Shown here: piece after piece, positions 58,942 through 64,000 of the stretch | Numbering within the stretch: position 1 is the first letter of the stretch | How the letters are laid out: every line of letters begins with the position of its first letter | Origin: a phage | Direction: 5' to 3' (one strand) | Assembly: GCA_037431425.1 (NCBI GenBank) | Contig: GCA_037431425.1_4129.2 | Length of the DNA stretch: 64,000 nt | Position numbers and translations under genes: made by a program | The notes under the pieces: model-generated | Database searches by the model: none | Seen by the model: the letters and a program-made list of their open reading frames with translations, nothing else | Told to the model about the DNA's origin: nothing

Positions 58942-59673
58942 ATGGATCTACGCAACGTACTACGTGACCTAGTTAACACCACCAGCAGCATCGATTTTTC
59001 TTGTATCGCAGTGAGTAGTGAAGACCGTGGTGAAGGACAACGTGTATATATGGAAGCGTATACAGATGACCGAACTCTTGTTATGCGTGCATATACAAAA
59101 GAAGATGTTCCTGAAGTTCAGGGTCGTTTTGGTCTAGGAAACCTAGGTCTTCTTCAAGGTCTAATGTCCCTTAAAACGTACAGTACTGAAGGAACTACCA
59201 TTACATCTAATGTTAAAGATGGTTCAGTTAAAAGTTTAGGATTTAAATCAGAAGATGCAAGTACTACATTTATGGTACAAGCAGAAAAACTTATTCCAGT
59301 TCAACCACGTTTCCATGAACAACCATATGACGTACAGGTTATTCCTAGTGCTGCTAAAGTTCAAGAACTAAAAAGTTTTTCTGGTGTATTCAAATCATTT
59401 AGTTCTCTCGTAACACCATACACTGAAGGAGACACTCTATACTTTCATGTTGGTGAGAAAAACAAAAGCAATCACGTTGGGTCATTAGCTTTTTCTAAAA
59501 CTGAAGGTGAATTGGGTCTTGGATTTGGATACAATATTGATCGTGTACTTCAAGCACTGTCCCGTGTATCTAATGCTGAATCTGTATCACTCGGAATTAC
59601 CAAAACTGGTATGCTAAATGTAACGCTTGATACTGGTATTGCAGTATACAAATTTTACGTAACAGGTTGCTAA
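58942..59673 (+). CDS. possible sliding clamp (gp45-like)
   Basis: 243 aa, size and segments such as GLGNLGLLQGLMSL loosely parallel T4 gp45 DLNGFLGILSLV as recalled; weak, needs profile search. Confidence 0.45.
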   Translation: MDLRNVLRDLVNTTSSIDFSCIAVSSEDRGEGQRVYMEAYTDDRTLVMRAYTKEDVPEVQGRFGLGNLGLLQGLMSLKTYSTEGTTITSNVKDGSVKSLGFKSEDASTTFMVQAEKLIPVQPRFHEQPYDVQVIPSAAKVQELKSFSGVFKSFSSLVTPYTEGDTLYFHVGEKNKSNHVGSLAFSKTEGELGLGFGYNIDRVLQALSRVSNAESVSLGITKTGMLNVTLDTGIAVYKFYVTGC

Positions 59674-59742
59674 TATATATATAACGGGGAATGTAATATT
59701 CCCCACTACTTAGTTTTATTTAAAAGTAAAGGAATACAAAAA

Positions 59743-59949
59743 ATGCCATTATATACATATCGTTGTGAAAAAGAAGAATGCAAGCATAGCATTGAAAAAA
59801 TTGTTAAAATTGCAAATCGTGATGAACCTCATGATTGTCCTAAATGTAATGGTGAAAAAACTATGAAGTTGGAAGTGTTCACTCCAGGTGATAAAGGTGC
59901 TAATCTTTATTTTCGTGGAAAATGGTTTGCAAATACTGGGGGCTACTAA
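59743..59949 (+). CDS. FmdB-family zinc-ribbon protein
   Basis: MPLYTYRCEKEEC...CPKC: N-terminal YxYRC plus two CxxC pairs typical of FmdB-type zinc ribbons; 68 aa. Confidence 0.55.
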   Translation: MPLYTYRCEKEECKHSIEKIVKIANRDEPHDCPKCNGEKTMKLEVFTPGDKGANLYFRGKWFANTGGY

Positions 59950-59950
59950 T

Positions 59951-60250
59951 ATGAAAATTAAAATGATTAATGATTATGTACTTGTTCGCCAAATTGAAGC
60001 ACAGAATAAAAGTTCTGGTGGTATTATTCTTGGTAATGTTGAACCACCTTGCATTGGTATGGTAATTTCAGTTGGGCCTGGTAAAATCTTACCTAATGGA
60101 CAATTAGCAGAGCACAATATTAAAGAAGGTGATATGGTTGTATTTGGACGCTCTTCGTTGAACACCCCACTCACTGAAGATCTTGGTGGTGGTGAAGATA
60201 CATATTATGTAATGAAAATTGAAGAGATTTTTGGTAAGAAAAATGGCTAA
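59951..60250 (+). CDS. 31: GroES-like co-chaperonin (gp31-like)
   Basis: NDYVLVRQIEAQNKSSGGIILG...PPCIGMVISVGPG...GDMVVFG follows the GroES/gp31 pattern; start set at ATG 59951 (GGGGG SD 8 nt upstream) rather than the longer track ORF. Confidence 0.7.
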   Translation: MKIKMINDYVLVRQIEAQNKSSGGIILGNVEPPCIGMVISVGPGKILPNGQLAEHNIKEGDMVVFGRSSLNTPLTEDLGGGEDTYYVMKIEEIFGKKNG

Positions 60251-60968
60251 AAAGAAATTCATACCATTTTGGCTTGTCCCTGCACATTGGGGACTTTCTG
60301 GAAAAGCAAAAGAGATTGCCAAAGCATACTACTACAATGATGATTATGAAGCTGATATGAAAGTTGCAGAATTGACATATTTAACTCCATATGAAGTAGA
60401 AGTAGCACATTTAGATATTAAAAAGAAATATAATGTAATTGGAGAACTTGAATATCTAATCGCAGTACTTGATGTAGACCTTAAATATTCTAAAATTACA
60501 CGTGAACAGTATGACGTTAAAGTTCTTGATGCAAAATTAAGTACTGGAACTATTACTGAAAAAGAATATGACATGGAAATTATCGAGTTAATGCCAGACG
60601 GTGATGAAAAAAGGCTGAAGGCAATTGAATATGCATATCGATATGATGAAATCACACAAAGTGAATATTCTAAGGAAATATACACACTTCGTAAAGAGCC
60701 GTGGATTGATTTAGACGTGGTTCTTGACCCTGATACGAATGAAGTTGAGTTTGTGTTTGATTATAATGAGTATTTCTGGAAAAAGTTGAAGGCTGAAGGC
60801 CATCCAGGTAATGACGAAGAAGAGATTATTGATAATTTTGTTAGAGACTTAGGTCGTAAACTTGCCACGGATGATTTCAGTGATGATTATGACACAAAGT
60901 TGGTGAGTGCGAACGAAGGATTAGACAAGCTACCTGGTTTGCCTGAAGGTTTTCGTTCATATAGATGA
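60243..60968 (+). CDS. hypothetical protein
   Basis: Start set at ATG 60243 (MAKKKF...), overlapping the gp31-like stop by 8 nt; track ORF begins at an upstream TTG; Asp/Glu/Tyr-rich. Confidence 0.5.
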   Translation: MAKKKFIPFWLVPAHWGLSGKAKEIAKAYYYNDDYEADMKVAELTYLTPYEVEVAHLDIKKKYNVIGELEYLIAVLDVDLKYSKITREQYDVKVLDAKLSTGTITEKEYDMEIIELMPDGDEKRLKAIEYAYRYDEITQSEYSKEIYTLRKEPWIDLDVVLDPDTNEVEFVFDYNEYFWKKLKAEGHPGNDEEEIIDNFVRDLGRKLATDDFSDDYDTKLVSANEGLDKLPGLPEGFRSYR

Positions 60969-60973
60969 AATAT

Positions 60974-61005
60974 AAAAAGGAGAGCATATGCTCTCCTTTT
61001 CTTTT
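60974..61005. terminator. bidirectional intrinsic terminator
   Basis: GGAGAGCA / TGCTCTCC stem with A-run before and T-run after; same stem sequence as the terminator at 14652-14677. Confidence 0.7.
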
Positions 61006-61011
61006 GATATA

Positions 61012-61701
61012 TTAAACCAATGCTGGGAGGTATTTGAATAGTTTAATACCGAAATCACCTGCTGCATCAGCGGCCTGTGAACGAAGATACACTTCAGTGA
61101 CACCATCTTTTGCCAATAGCGGAACACCAGTTAGGTCATCGATTAGTAGGCGACCTTCTTCATATTCAGTACTTGGAACACCTTGTGGTGATTTGAGATC
61201 TTTATTAAAGACACTAGCACGTTCAACAAGGAATGTGATAACAGAAGCATCATCAATGCTAACGCTACCAGCACTCATAACACCATCAGGTGCGTTGGAG
61301 AAACCAGTAACCGGAAACGCTTCAGCACCACTTCCTGCAATGTTGGATGTGGCAATAACAACTGCACGCTGTTGCACAACGTCTACGATGCGTTTGACGT
61401 TGGTTTGTGCTGCATAGGATGCATTGTAATCTGATTCTAGTGATTCTAGAACGAAAGCAGAACCATCAACACGCTTGATACCTTTATCATTTAGGTATGC
61501 TAGAATTTCTTCTGGGATATCAGTGTTTAGAAAACGTTGTAAACCTACATAAGAGGAAACTGCTCCTGTTACAAGAACGTTCACGTCACCAAGTTTACTA
61601 ATAGCAATAGATGCTAGGGCGTTAGTACCACAAAAGTAACCTAGAATACGCTCAAATGAATACCCATTGATACGTTCAAAAGAAGTATTAGTATTTGACA
61701 T
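61012..61701 (-). CDS. abundant structural protein candidate, paralog A
   Basis: 229 aa, Ala/Val/Ser/Thr/Gly-rich; shares motifs QQRAVVIATS and ERASVFNK with the adjacent paralog; capsid-like codon bias. Confidence 0.55.
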   Translation of the reverse strand: MSNTNTSFERINGYSFERILGYFCGTNALASIAISKLGDVNVLVTGAVSSYVGLQRFLNTDIPEEILAYLNDKGIKRVDGSAFVLESLESDYNASYAAQTNVKRIVDVVQQRAVVIATSNIAGSGAEAFPVTGFSNAPDGVMSAGSVSIDDASVITFLVERASVFNKDLKSPQGVPSTEYEEGRLLIDDLTGVPLLAKDGVTEVYLRSQAADAAGDFGIKLFKYLPALV

Positions 61702-61716
61702 AATATTACCTCTCTA

Positions 61717-62316
61717 TTATAGTTGAACTGGAAGAGCAGCACGTACTTTAATAGCTACAGCAGTAGATGCACCTGCATCACCAACACCATCAGTTCCTTG
61801 ACTTACGAAAGTTTTAGTACGAAAAACTTTAGCTTGTGCAATAGATTTAGCTAGGTCAACAGTTGGATCAACTGGAGCAGGACATGCAGAACCTGGACGA
61901 ACTTCTTGTTTATTAAATACGTCTTGACGTTCACAGATGAAAGTCAATGCAACAGAGTTAGCACCACCTTTAACATCAGTACCGCTAGTACCAAATGCAA
62001 CTACGTTTGGGTTAGCATTTTTAAAATCTTCAGGAATAACAACTTCTGCATCAAGAGCAAGTAGTGAAGTCGTTACAAGAACAGCACGTTGCTGTAGTAG
62101 TTGAGTAACCATGAATAGGTTATATTGTGCATTGCTTAGTGCAGTTTGATATGCATCAGCTTGAGCATCAGAACCATCGGACACAACTTTAGTAGTACCG
62201 ATTTCAACATCAGTTGGTAGGTCGATTACGATGGTTACAAAACCGTTGTTGCCACCCCACCATTCACGTGCAACACCAGACATACCATAGTTACGGTTAA
62301 AAGAATTAAGACTCAT
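61717..62316 (-). CDS. abundant structural protein candidate, paralog B
   Basis: 199 aa; QQRAVLVTTS and ERQDVFNK motifs shared with paralog A; 15-bp spacing between the two genes. Confidence 0.55.
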   Translation of the reverse strand: MSLNSFNRNYGMSGVAREWWGGNNGFVTIVIDLPTDVEIGTTKVVSDGSDAQADAYQTALSNAQYNLFMVTQLLQQRAVLVTTSLLALDAEVVIPEDFKNANPNVVAFGTSGTDVKGGANSVALTFICERQDVFNKQEVRPGSACPAPVDPTVDLAKSIAQAKVFRTKTFVSQGTDGVGDAGASTAVAIKVRAALPVQL

Positions 62317-62459
62317 GAAAATCTCCTTGTCGAATTTTGTGCAGGTTCATCCTGCTTAAAGTTATTTATCAAAAAATATTCCTAGCATTTAAATTTACTG
62401 GAATAATTAATGAATTTCTATGATATTATTTATCAAAAATGGGAAAGTGGTTAATGATG

Positions 62460-64000
<1,541 letters not shown>

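Noticed and set aside
58942-59673. Confident call of sliding clamp gp45
   Set aside because: Resemblance to recalled T4 gp45 is patchy, so it is kept as a low-confidence feature rather than a finding.

Overview
This 64-kb window is a contiguous segment of an AT-rich (about 35% GC by eye) T4-like tailed myovirus genome. I recognised no host chromosomal genes, rRNA, tRNA, CRISPR array, integrase or transposase. Left to right: (1) a minus-strand tail-fiber/tailspike module of four genes, the first running off the window edge, including a pectate-lyase-like beta-helix spike and a collagen-like fiber; (2) three plus-strand virion genes; (3) a minus-strand baseplate cluster (Nudix hydrolase, two unknowns, a giant 3327-aa protein in the gp7 position, gp6-like wedge, gp25-like, T4-type lysozyme, gp5-like central spike with a C-terminal lysozyme domain, hub-associated unknowns), interrupted by an oppositely oriented ClpA-like double-AAA+ ATPase gene with its own sigma70-type promoter; (4) gp55 late sigma factor and gp47/gp46 (Mre11/Rad50-like); (5) an 853-bp ORF-free gap containing a promoter- and terminator-bounded, GC-enriched candidate structured RNA of unknown class, which I consider the best candidate for something undescribed; (6) the head module (portal gp20, prohead core proteins, gp21 protease, gp22 scaffold, gp23 major capsid protein); (7) an island with homing-endonuclease-like and T5orf172 genes plus a second tail fiber and its assembly chaperone; (8) family-B DNA polymerase, a clamp-like protein, a zinc-ribbon protein, GroES-like gp31, two paralogous structural proteins, RNase H. 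Late genes are preceded by ATAAATA(T)-type motifs; the ClpA-like gene, the RNA locus, gp55 and rnh carry extended -10 TGnTATAAT promoters. All functional calls rest on motifs read by eye and on T4 protein sequences recalled from memory; no database search or folding computation was run, and signal coordinates may be off by a few bases.
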